From the NCBI GenBank assembly GCA_019828565.1, contig JAHDYR010000008.1:1-64000 (forward strand): a stretch of DNA of 64,000 bases, in the 5' to 3' direction. Both the position numbers and the translations under genes were made by a program. Source of the DNA: Carpediemonas membranifera BICM (taxonomy: Eukaryota; Protista; Fornicata). The notes beneath the pieces were generated by a model, which was given only the letters and a program-made list of their open reading frames with translations, did not search any database and was not told the origin of the DNA. Shown piece by piece: positions 51,428 through 61,227 of the stretch (its first letter is position 1; the number at the start of each line of letters is the position of its first letter).

Positions 51428-53140
51428 ATGTAGTAAAGGCTGTTGTTACGGCGGGGTGACGTTTATCGCGGGAGTGTGGCATTGATCGGTCGAGGTGGTT
51501 GTTCGCAGCGTCAGATGGAGTGAAAGACATGTCTCGACCCCTCATCATGATCGGGCTGGGCGTCCAAGACTTGACCTCACGTATGCTACGCGCTCTGTCA
51601 ACCACGACTGGAACAACCCTTGTTCTGTTTCGTTCGCGATATGGTGTCATTCGTAGGCGAACTGAGAGCTGGGCCAGGAATGAGTTGAGTCATCGAACTC
51701 GGTCTTGCATGGCCGGCAGTATTCTCTGTGCAACACTGCTACACGGACAAGTGACCGACCCTCAGACTTGAGTGCGACACTCATAAACAACAAGAGCAGT
51801 TTAACGACAATCGACACGCGGCAGACCTGGAGGCCGACGGTGGCAACACAGCAGTGTGGCTGAGCCCGAGGATGGCTTGTGGCCTCAGACCAACGGCCAC
51901 AAAGCAGGTCCTCGTCGACGTCAGTGACAGCAAATACATGACCCAAATCTCCTGGTTACCATGACGGTCCGACTGCGCTTACACAGCATGTGACCGGTCA
52001 TGAATGTGAATAAAACTTTCTCAGACTGTTCCACCACCTGAAGGAAGACACGTCAGTCAAACCCGGCCTCTGTCCGAGATATAGAAACCGTGTCTCGTTT
52101 ATCCACATCATTTGCTGTATTAAACTATCCTGCCCAACTCACTGTAAAAGCCACAACACGAACAGACAAATGGCTGTCCCCGTCGCCTTCAGGGCCAGAT
52201 TCAATGGGTGCATCGTCCTCCTCCTCTCGGGCTTCAGCATCCCCAGGAACCAGGGCGCGAACACGGTGACCATGGCGGTACCGACCCAAGAAAGGCAGAC
52301 CCTCACCAAGCAGAGCTCGAAGTAAACCGTGTTGAGCTCATACATGACAGCAAAGTAGAAGTAGAGCACCGCTCTGGAGTTGAGGAAGAGTCTATACGCC
52401 ATGATCTCAGCGGGGCGAACTCAACGGTAAATGCGGACTTGAGGTCAACCCAGAAGATACGAGCACCATCCCATGTGAAGTGGAGGGCGTTCATCAGCCA
52501 CGCCATGGGAATGGGCCGGGGGCGATCGTCTCCTGGGGCGAGAAGGTCGTACTCTGACAGTTGGAGCGCCTTTGATTGTGTCCGCCGAATCTTTTTCGCC
52601 GACTTGATTTCAGTTTCCGTAAAAAGGGATCTAAGCGGCGAAAGGTACATGATAAAGGTGTACGGCATAATATAGAAAGGCAGGACGATCTGATCGACCG
52701 CGGTAAACCCAAAAACATTGACCCTTTCCTGTTCAGGAGAAAAAAAGCTGGAACACGAAATAAACGGCCGACGAGAGCACGATGATGCTAAACGGAACAC
52801 CGTGGCCCATGGTCTGCTCGAGCAGCTTCAGGCTCCGTCTCAGCAGGGCGCTATACCTCCCTCCGCGCATGGGCAGGGGCAACAACGGCCCTCCAGGCTT
52901 TCGGCGGATGAGAGCTACAAGCTGGCTGAACGTGCCTGACCTATACTCAATGACTGCGACGATAGTGCCCAGTGCTCCGAGGATGTACAGAAAGATGGAG
53001 AACACCGAGCCCCGGGATAGACCCAGAATCAGCCGGATCCATGGTGTGATGAAGGAGGAGGCCAGAGTCGACAGGACGAGCAGGATGACGCCCAGGGGCA
53101 GTCTGTAGAGGAACGACTCTGCGGTGTAGTAGAGTATATT
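50308..53140. repeat. Donor copy of the inverted duplication (matches 28006-30838)
   Basis: Both genes that cross the boundaries are complete here. Confidence 0.95.
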
Positions 53141-53470
53141 CGTGATGGTCGTAATGAGTACTGTTGGGTGGTAGTAGATGGTCTGGAACATGCTGAGTGG
53201 GCCCTGGGAGGGACATGTGACCACTGTGCATATGGCTGGGTCGCAGGCCATCTTCTTGTGCTGATAGTCGATCTCTTTGTAACAGAGCGTCTTGTCATGC
53301 CCATTATAGACAACGCCGGTGAGGTCAGGAAGCATCAGCTGCATTATTGCTAAGATCACAAACACCTGGATTGCTGATAGGACCGGGAAGGTCATTAGCA
53401 GGCGCCCCATCGACCCTTTGTGGTGAACACGGATGCAGCGCTGCCCCCAGATGTCTCCAGTGACAGCCAT
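52139..53470 (-). CDS. Multi-pass membrane protein (~443 aa; possibly DMT/EamA-like); compensating indels at about 52737 and 52408
   Basis: Many hydrophobic segments. The duplicate at 28006-29007 shows the uninterrupted frame. Confidence 0.7.
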
Positions 53471-53690
53471 TGCTCTATATGAGATAAATTAGGTGGAAAC
53501 ACACTGCGCAAGAAAGATCAGGGGCAAAGGAGCCCGGTCTGCACCCATCTTGCTCGTCCATGTGTTTAAACTGCACATCTCGAAAGAGGCGGACTCGGGC
53601 AAGCACGTCGTCCGCTCCATGCGGCTGACTACCGGCTGTGTCGCCTGGCCATTCCTCAGTATGTGCAGGTTAAGGTTCATCCCCATCGCG

Positions 53691-56600
53691 ATGGCCGATT
53701 TCCAGCCCACTGCAGCAAGTGCGGCGGGTAGGATCATAGGGACATGTACAACGCTATGTCCTAGTCCAGAAATCCGCGATCGTCTGTCATCTAGGGGCAT
53801 CAGTCAGCTTGAGAACCCCGAGATCGTAATAGCGGGCGGTACAACAGTACCACGCGCTGTGAAGAAGTTTGCCCGGTCCGATGCTGCTAAAGTGCCGAAA
53901 CCCGAGGACCTGAGGACCGAGGACGCGCTCCAGCGGTCTATGGGCTTCCTCCTCCGTGATGTCCTCGATTTCGGCGAGTTGACCCTTGAGGATGGCACGA
54001 AGACCCCAGCCCCGTTCCATGCAAAGTACGCATTCATGTGGGACCGCATCCGTTCCATCTGCAACGACTATACTATCCAGTCCCACGTTCGATCTCTCGA
54101 CGCCATCCGCGTGGTCGAGCTTGGAGCAAGGTTCTTCATCCTGTCCTCGTTTGCCACCAAGTTCTTTCCAGAGACATCCAATGGACAGTTTAGCCTGAAG
54201 CTACACAACGAGGCAATCACTAAGTGTATCTCTCAGGCCACTGACCTCTACAAAGCATACAGACGAGACCATCCCGACCATAGCGGTCCCGTATCACTAG
54301 AGGAGGAGATAACAGCCTACCGCCTGATGCTAGCGTTCAACGATCGTGGCCTAGCAACAGACATCCTTGCTCTACCAGACGACCTCCGCAACGCCCGATA
54401 CACCCAGTACGCTCTGCGGGTAAGTACTGCAGCCAAGGCCAAGAACATCGGTCTGCTAGTGAAGCTGGCTAATGCCGGGTCGCCACTGATTGCCTGTGTC
54501 ATCCAGCACATCATCCAGACCTGCCAAGAGCCGCCTCTTGGAGTGATAATGGACGCAGCGCCACCTGGGAATAGAGTGTGTGAGATCAGTGAGGAGCAGC
54601 TGGAGGCGTTTGGTTTGGACAAAGCTGATGTGACGAAGCTTGGGGAAGTCGTGGCCGCCGACACCCCGCAGAAGAAGCTCGACGCCCTTCCTGCTGGCAT
54701 GATCCTGTTACCAGCCAGCAAGGCCGATAGGGCGTACACGAGCTTCACGCCTGGGCACGGTTACATCTCTGACGTCATCCTGGACGCGATCACCGCTATC
54801 GCGGCAAAGTATGACGGCGACTTTGATCTGGACCCCGATAGAGATCATCCGTCAACTACGCGGGCTGGGAACGGATACACAGGTGCTGACGGCAAGCCCG
54901 CGTTGCTCCGCCTGGCGCCCGTGTTGTTCGCTCGGTTTGATGGGCCGACAGACAAGGGGCTCTCGCTCAAGAGAGAATTGATGAACGTGTCCTCCAAGTA
55001 CCGCCCCAGACCACTGGGTGACGGCGATGGCGTGTCTTTCCGATACAAGCCGGACGATTCCATCGAGGTCGTCGGCAAGGATTCACCTAAGAGCGCGAAG
55101 AAGAAGCTCAACGAGTACACGCCCCCCACCCCGCGAGAGGAGGCCCAGTCGAGACCACATGAGCAGGCGCAGACCAAGCAAAGGCAGGCCCCAAACCCAT
55201 TCGCGGCGCTCGGCGGTGTGGTGCGCGCGGGCGCCGCGAAGTCGATCACCGGCAACCCCTTCGGACACCGGGCCAAGGAGCAGGAAAAGATCAAGGAAAA
55301 GGGAAGGAATCCCGTGACACCAGAGGCCGCTCAAGTCAAGCCGCAGCCAGCAACAACTGGCGACGGAGAGAAGGTGGAGCTGAAGCGGTCGGCCGCGGCA
55401 TTGCCAGCATGGTCCTTTCCAGCCCCAAAGCCCAGCACACCAACCCCGGCACCCGCCCCACCGATGGTGCCGAGGAGGACTGAACCCGCCCCAGCACCGC
55501 CCCAGACTGCACCGCACCCCACACCAGTGCTGCAGCCGCCTAAGCCTGCTCAACCCTCACCCCCAACACCACCAACCCCGACCCCGCCCCCGAAGCCAGT
55601 CGAGTATGACCCGCCCAGCCCCACTGTTGCCCAGCTTGACTACGCGGACGGCTATAGAGCCTGGGCTATGCTGTGTCGCGTGTTCTCCGCATGGAGGCGG
55701 GTCGACTCGGACGAGATTGACTGGATCCGTATCTTGGTTGATACGCTCGACCGTTTCCCCGGCCCGAGACTCAGTATGACGATAGCCGTCGCCCCCACCT
55801 ACCTCCGACAGACCGACTGGGCTCACCATCTTGCCTCCGTCCTCCTTGCACATGGTGTCAGATCCACAGTGGTGCCGTCCTCTGGTCATGTCCCATCACA
55901 CTGGGCTGCGACCCCCGACATCATCGTGACCCACTTCACGCCCACCCCAACACATGAGTGGGGCGTTGCTTCAACCCCTTGGGTCACCCGTGGGATGGGT
56001 CCCCGCCTGCTGTGTCGGGCAGCCCGCGCGGTGCTGCGGGACCGTCTGCAGCTGTTGGGGCCAGACGGGTTGAGAACGAGGACGCCGTTTAGTGGATCTG
56101 AGACAATCATTGAAGCTGTGTCGCGTGTGATGGGTACTAGACGGTCGGTCGGCGCGTTCAATAAGGCGGTAGCTGCGGTTGAGAACACCTTTCATGCCCA
56201 CGCAGCCAGGCTTGCCGAGTGTCGGGCGACGCTGTTCACTGAGCCTTCCGACGATGAATGGACTCCGCTCATTGACGATATCAGATCTCTACCAATCCCC
56301 GAGAGATCTAGCCCGACCATGATCGATCTTGGATACACCGGATCAGATTCTGCCAGGATTGCCAGTGTTCTGAATGGTGGCGACGTGACAAAGCTGAAAG
56401 CCATCCTGTTGGATCTCCGAAAGGCCGTGAGAAAAGCAGGGCCGGATGCCCTCGGCGTGTCCAAGGGTTCGGCTGAACTCATGTTGCAGAAAATCATATC
56501 TGCGAGATTGAGTGGATCTATTGGGTATCTATATATCCCCCTTGAATCCGATATGGAGCCCTTGCCTGATTTTGGGGCCTTTACGCCCAAACGTGTTATG

Positions 56601-56693
56601 CACGCCGAGGCGGTTGAGCTAATCTGCATCATCGAGGGTCTGCTGCCCGTGAACTCCCCAGAGAGATCTGGAAAGAGAGCGCGGGTTGGCTAG
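53691..56693 (+). CDS. SAC3: SAC3/GANP-domain protein (TREX-2 scaffold)
   Basis: GTCTTLCP..E, AVKKFARS..P.PEDLR and FMWDRIRSI.ND..IQ; Pro-rich middle region. Confidence 0.85.
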   Translation: MADFQPTAASAAGRIIGTCTTLCPSPEIRDRLSSRGISQLENPEIVIAGGTTVPRAVKKFARSDAAKVPKPEDLRTEDALQRSMGFLLRDVLDFGELTLEDGTKTPAPFHAKYAFMWDRIRSICNDYTIQSHVRSLDAIRVVELGARFFILSSFATKFFPETSNGQFSLKLHNEAITKCISQATDLYKAYRRDHPDHSGPVSLEEEITAYRLMLAFNDRGLATDILALPDDLRNARYTQYALRVSTAAKAKNIGLLVKLANAGSPLIACVIQHIIQTCQEPPLGVIMDAAPPGNRVCEISEEQLEAFGLDKADVTKLGEVVAADTPQKKLDALPAGMILLPASKADRAYTSFTPGHGYISDVILDAITAIAAKYDGDFDLDPDRDHPSTTRAGNGYTGADGKPALLRLAPVLFARFDGPTDKGLSLKRELMNVSSKYRPRPLGDGDGVSFRYKPDDSIEVVGKDSPKSAKKKLNEYTPPTPREEAQSRPHEQAQTKQRQAPNPFAALGGVVRAGAAKSITGNPFGHRAKEQEKIKEKGRNPVTPEAAQVKPQPATTGDGEKVELKRSAAALPAWSFPAPKPSTPTPAPAPPMVPRRTEPAPAPPQTAPHPTPVLQPPKPAQPSPPTPPTPTPPPKPVEYDPPSPTVAQLDYADGYRAWAMLCRVFSAWRRVDSDEIDWIRILVDTLDRFPGPRLSMTIAVAPTYLRQTDWAHHLASVLLAHGVRSTVVPSSGHVPSHWAATPDIIVTHFTPTPTHEWGVASTPWVTRGMGPRLLCRAARAVLRDRLQLLGPDGLRTRTPFSGSETIIEAVSRVMGTRRSVGAFNKAVAAVENTFHAHAARLAECRATLFTEPSDDEWTPLIDDIRSLPIPERSSPTMIDLGYTGSDSARIASVLNGGDVTKLKAILLDLRKAVRKAGPDALGVSKGSAELMLQKIISARLSGSIGYLYIPLESDMEPLPDFGAFTPKRVMHAEAVELICIIEGLLPVNSPERSGKRARVG

Positions 56694-56778
56694 CCATCAT
56701 GCCGTGCTTGTTGTTTCCACCATTATTTGTTTAAAACTCTCAACTCCCTCCATGAGACCCCAACCATCATTGTGCCCT

Positions 56779-57936
56779 TTACAGCCAGCCATGGTCCGCG
56801 TCGTCGGTGTATGGCTCTGTTCCGTAGATTGCCTCCCAGTACTGGACGAAATCGTGGATGACGAACTTGTCGACGGCACAAGAGGTCTCCTCGACGCTGC
56901 ATCCGACAGCCGACTCTACAGAACTGCGCACCCCCGCGAATGTATTAAACCAGGATGACGGTATCGATCTGATTTGGTCATAGAAAGTTTCGGTCGACTC
57001 GGCGTTGACATAACCAGTTTCAAGGGCAATCTTGAAAGGGCCAATGTCTTGTGATGCAGCGTTCCTGACGAGTTCAGCGACCTTCTCGGCGTTGTTGTAG
57101 TATGCTAGGAGAGTGACTTCATCGACTGAGGTCGCCAGGTGCTCCAGCATAGTCGAGCGTGTGCCGTTGATTGTCAAAGAATCTGTCACATAACGGGGCT
57201 TGGAGCTAGAGGAGAGTTGGATCCCATTCATCTTAGCAATATTGTGGCTGGCCTTGAGCGTTGTGATGAGAGCCGCCATGCTCACGATGGAGCTCGGTTC
57301 CTGGTCTATGTGGACGCCGGAAAAGGCCGATGATGGGTTGGCATCGTTAAACTGCTTGATAGCGGTGATAATGTTGTCCAGGCAGGGCGAGGAGATGTCT
57401 TCGACGTCGTCATTGATGTAGACGAGGGCTGTAACGCCGATGCCATTCTCAATGAAAGGGGCGTTGAAAGCGACGAAATCATCATGTAGTGGGATGCTTC
57501 CCTTTGTGAACGTTGACCCATCCCACTCGCAGCAGCCGACATAGACGAGGAGGTTGTCCATGCCATGCATAACGGAGAAGTCGGCTAGCTTCGTGGCGAT
57601 GCCGTTGTAGTTCTTCACCAGCGCTGTGCGTGAGGTTACCCCGAGACGCGTGGAGTCTGTGTATGCACCCCAGACGTACATATCCTTGGTGATATTGAGA
57701 TAGCCCGAGTTGATGTCGGCGTCGTCGGCGGTGACGGAAGAAGAGCCAAAGTCCACAAGGCCGTATGAATGGTTAAAGTAGAACAGAATGCCGAGAATCA
57801 CAGCACAGGTCATCGCGGCAAATGAGCCTAGAACGAGCAATCGAAGCAGCGACCACTTCATATTGGACAGCCAGTCGATGGGAGCGTTATACCGCTTGCT
57901 ACGCTGTCTTATCTCCTGTCTTATCTCACGATCCAT
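56779..57936 (-). CDS. Type II membrane protein with a glycoside-hydrolase-like TIM barrel
   Basis: One N-terminal TM; FSGVHIDQEP (DxE), VDEVTLLAY and IALET. Confidence 0.55.
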   Translation of the reverse strand: MDREIRQEIRQRSKRYNAPIDWLSNMKWSLLRLLVLGSFAAMTCAVILGILFYFNHSYGLVDFGSSSVTADDADINSGYLNITKDMYVWGAYTDSTRLGVTSRTALVKNYNGIATKLADFSVMHGMDNLLVYVGCCEWDGSTFTKGSIPLHDDFVAFNAPFIENGIGVTALVYINDDVEDISSPCLDNIITAIKQFNDANPSSAFSGVHIDQEPSSIVSMAALITTLKASHNIAKMNGIQLSSSSKPRYVTDSLTINGTRSTMLEHLATSVDEVTLLAYYNNAEKVAELVRNAASQDIGPFKIALETGYVNAESTETFYDQIRSIPSSWFNTFAGVRSSVESAVGCSVEETSCAVDKFVIHDFVQYWEAIYGTEPYTDDADHGWL

Positions 57937-58086
57937 CGTCAATAATTGAGTATCCTGCGCCTTCGCTTGTCTTCACATCAATGACATGCTGAATCGCCAG
58001 ATTAGACCAGGTATATATGAGCCTGTACAGTGCCACATGACACGGCATACAAGCCTGCCACTCGCCCTGCTTCCTAATATTTATCA

Positions 58087-59351
58087 TTAAAACCCGTCCT
58101 CACTCCAGTCATCGGAGTCTGAGTCGCCGCCCGACCTCATCTGGGCCATGGCTGCTATCTTGTCGACCATGCTGTTGCTCTGTACGTGCGTCGGCTTGGC
58201 TGGGGCGGGTGCATGTTTCAAGCTGTCCCTGGCCATCTGGGACTCTGTCGGCGCTGGGGCAGTCCGGGGACCGGGGTCCTCGGGTAGGTCGAGGTCGGAG
58301 TCCGACGAGTCGTCGCTGACCTCGGCCTGGACCATCACGCGTCTCATGGAGGCCAGGCGCTTCTTGAGCTCATCGAGGTGGCTGGGTTCGCCGCTCTCTT
58401 CCTGCACTGGCGAGGGGGCTTCAGATGTCTCCTTCTCGTCCACCGGCTTCAGCTTCGTGCCCTGTTTGATGAGATCAAGGAATGATGACCTTAAATCCTC
58501 ACCACCGGCTGCGGGCATAACCGGCATTGCGGGCGGTGCTGCCGGGGCCGGGGCTGGAGTCATGCCAGGAGCAGGGGGTGGCGGGGCGGCCACTCGCGCC
58601 ACTGGGGGTGGGGGGCGCTGGCCATCGGCGGTGGGGGTGCGGGGGAAGCGGCCGGTGCGAGGGAAGGCAGGGGGATCGCTGAGGGCGCGATTGACTCGAG
58701 TGATACGCCGGCAGCACCGAATGTGATCGTTGTCGCGGCGGCCCCGAGTCCTGGTAGTACTGTGGGCATCTGGGAGGCCAAGCTGGATGATGTGTCGGCC
58801 TCGGGCTTGAAGGTAAAGTCGATCTGCGAGGCGGCAGCGACTGCATCCTTGCCGAGCATGGTAGGTCTGAGGTCCTTATCATCTGTTGCATTCGCCTGTG
58901 TTGTCCGTATCGTCCTGTCAACCTTGATTCCAACAGGACCTCTCGCGACCTCTTCTGACGGGGGATAAAGATCGGTAACAGTCGGCTGGGGAGCTGGCGA
59001 ACTTCTAGGGACTAGCACGGGTATCCTACTCTTATCCGCATACTGGAAGTGCTTGATAGGAGCCAGTGGGGCTGCTTTCGGGCGGGAGTCTACATCGGGC
59101 CCCGGATCTGGCCATGAATGGCTATCCAAGATGGTCATAGGAGCACAAACGGCATGATAACCCTCGAGTTTCTTCTGAATTTTGTTCACACGCTGCTGCA
59201 TGTCGCTCATATGCGAAGAAACAATACTTACACGGCCAGAGATACCCGCAAAGACTTCATTTGCCGTTCGTTCAAGAGTTAATAACGCATCAATCGTTTG
59301 GCGATAGAATTCATCATCCGCAAGCCCAGATGAGACCACGTAAGTGGACAT
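58087..59351 (-). CDS. WASHC1: WASH complex subunit 1 (WAHD, Pro-rich, VCA); 1-nt frameshift in the G run 58610-58615
   Basis: N-terminal L..DE..RQ..DAL..LE..ANEVF..IS.RV; WH2 RSSFLDLIKQG.KLKPV; central LDELKKRL..RR; acidic DSDDW. Confidence 0.8.
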
Positions 59352-59579
59352 CGAGATGACTGTGCGCAAACCTGACAAAACGCGAATCAAGCGTCCATCG
59401 AGTCAACGAGGCGGCTCCTTCACTGGCAGAGAGTCATGCAGGATGTTGGCCTCAATTTCTGTTTATGATCGCTCTACGAATTTTGCAAAGCCTCGAAACG
59501 ACAAAATGTCGCCTGAGTGAAGATCTCTCTGATTCGCTGTTTTTTCTACTCGTCCCTTTTCTGCAGAAGCACTGAAAAC

Positions 59580-60276
59580 ATGAAGTTCTTTCTGATTAGC
59601 TTCCTGATCCTTGGTTTAGCGCTTTCAAGCGCCGTTGAGCTTCCCGAATCATTCGATGCCCGCGTGAAATGGGGCGAGAAGTGCCCTGCGCTGAATGAGA
59701 TTCCTTTTGCAGGTCAATGCAAATCATCCGCCCTTCTCACAGCCGTTCAAGTTGCGTCCGATCGCCGCCACTGGCGAGTCCGTGTCTTTCTCTTCCCAGT
59801 GGCTTCTGTCATGCGCGGAGTACGATGATGATTGGACACCATGCGAGGGTATCAACTATCCCGACGTTTACGATGCCATGAAGAGGAGCGGCATTGTTTC
59901 CAAGAGCTGCCTGCCCTATGATTCACGTGACGGCGTCGCTGCCGTTGCCCGTGACATCCAGAAGGAGATCTTCCTCCGCGGCCCAGTGTCTACACGGATT
60001 GATTTTTATGATAACATGTTTGCTTATCGGTCAGGCATTTATACAATCGATCAAAATTCGAAGAAAATTGGCTCTCATGCCATACGACTCATCGGCTGGG
60101 GCATCGAGCATGGCATCCCCTACTGGCTATGCACCAACACCTGGGGCCGTCACTGGGGCATCGGTGGCGCGTTCAAGATCCGCCGTGGCGTGAATGCTTT
60201 CAACGTCGAGATGAGACTTTTCAAGGGACGATTCAAACCGAGTATTTTCTTCCCAATATTCCGGAAGCAAGAGTAA
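59580..60276 (+). pseudogene. Cathepsin B-like gene, catalytically dead and frameshifted near 59765
   Basis: LPESFDAR, RGPV, HAIRLIGWG and NTWG retained; the QGxCGSCW motif reads AGQCKSSA. Confidence 0.75.
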
Positions 60277-60339
60277 ATGAACTGAACACCGGTGTTTACA
60301 ACATCTGTTCATGACACAGGGAAGAGACAATCACCAGCA

Positions 60340-60783
60340 TCACCGCCAAAGCTTGACCCTGCCGTCGGCCCCGCTCGACCAGACCCCGCCCAGCGGACTC
60401 CACGCCACACCGCCGACAGGCTCGTCGCCGTGCCGCAGGATCTTGACTGGGTCTGTTGTCATAAACTGCTCACGGTTGGAGTCGACCTTCCATAAGAACA
60501 CACCGCCCTTGCCAGAGCCAGAGACAACATAACGGCCGTCGGGGGAGGCGTCAAGGCCGATAGTCTGGCCTGTAGTGAACCCGCCGCCACGAAGAGACAC
60601 GTTGGTCTCCTTGCCGTCAACACGCGAAGTCATGAGTTTGATGTGACGGCAAGTCGAGCAGGATCGCTGATTGGTCCAGCTTCCGCCCAAGTTTGAGCGC
60701 CGGAGAACTAACTGATTGTTGAAAGGTCCAAGCAGTCTTCCTCCATTTTGACTCCAGGCATACCGATTCATATAACACGACAT
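60340..60783 (-). pseudogene. C-terminal WD40 fragment resembling Prp17/WDR25
   Basis: SPDGRYVVSGS..G.V.LW and VAWSP..SSGADGRVKLW; only about three blades, and no convincing upstream exon. Confidence 0.5.
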
Positions 60784-61227
60784 ATCGGATTATGTGCACC
60801 TCTCGAGGAGTTAATCAGAGCACAGCTCAGAGCTAGCCTCTACTTCGGGGCTTGTGATGACTCACCCCGCGTCACACGGGATTCATCAGTCAGCCGTATC
60901 TGATGTTGTACTCATAAGCAGGAGAGCTTCTTGCGGCAGACACGCAGCAGCGAGTGAGCCTCCACACACAGTTGTCCCAGGTATCTGCCGGGTGGGCTAC
61001 GTGTTGGACTGACGGGACTGTGTTGATTTGTTAAACACTGAGGCGTCCCTTGATTCGACCCCTACCAAGGGAATTGACCCTCAAATCAACTGATGAGAGT
61101 CGGCCACGCGGTCTACCCTCAGAGAGCAGGCTCAGGGAGCAGCGAGAAAGGGAGGATGAATGATAAACCGGTCACCACTGAAAGATACGGTCACGCACAC
61201 ATTTATAATAAACAGTTTATATGACAG

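Noticed and set aside
44098-56693. Functional cluster of nuclear and chromatin genes
   Set aside because: Interleaved with unrelated genes; cannot be distinguished from chance in one window.
58610-58615. Programmed frameshift in WASH
   Set aside because: A one-base loss in a G homopolymer is better explained by sequencing error.
61090-61142. Hammerhead core CTGATGAG and SRP-like CAGG..AGCAG
   Set aside because: No stem II followed by GAAA; the SRP spacing is 7 nt rather than 10, with no GNRA loop.
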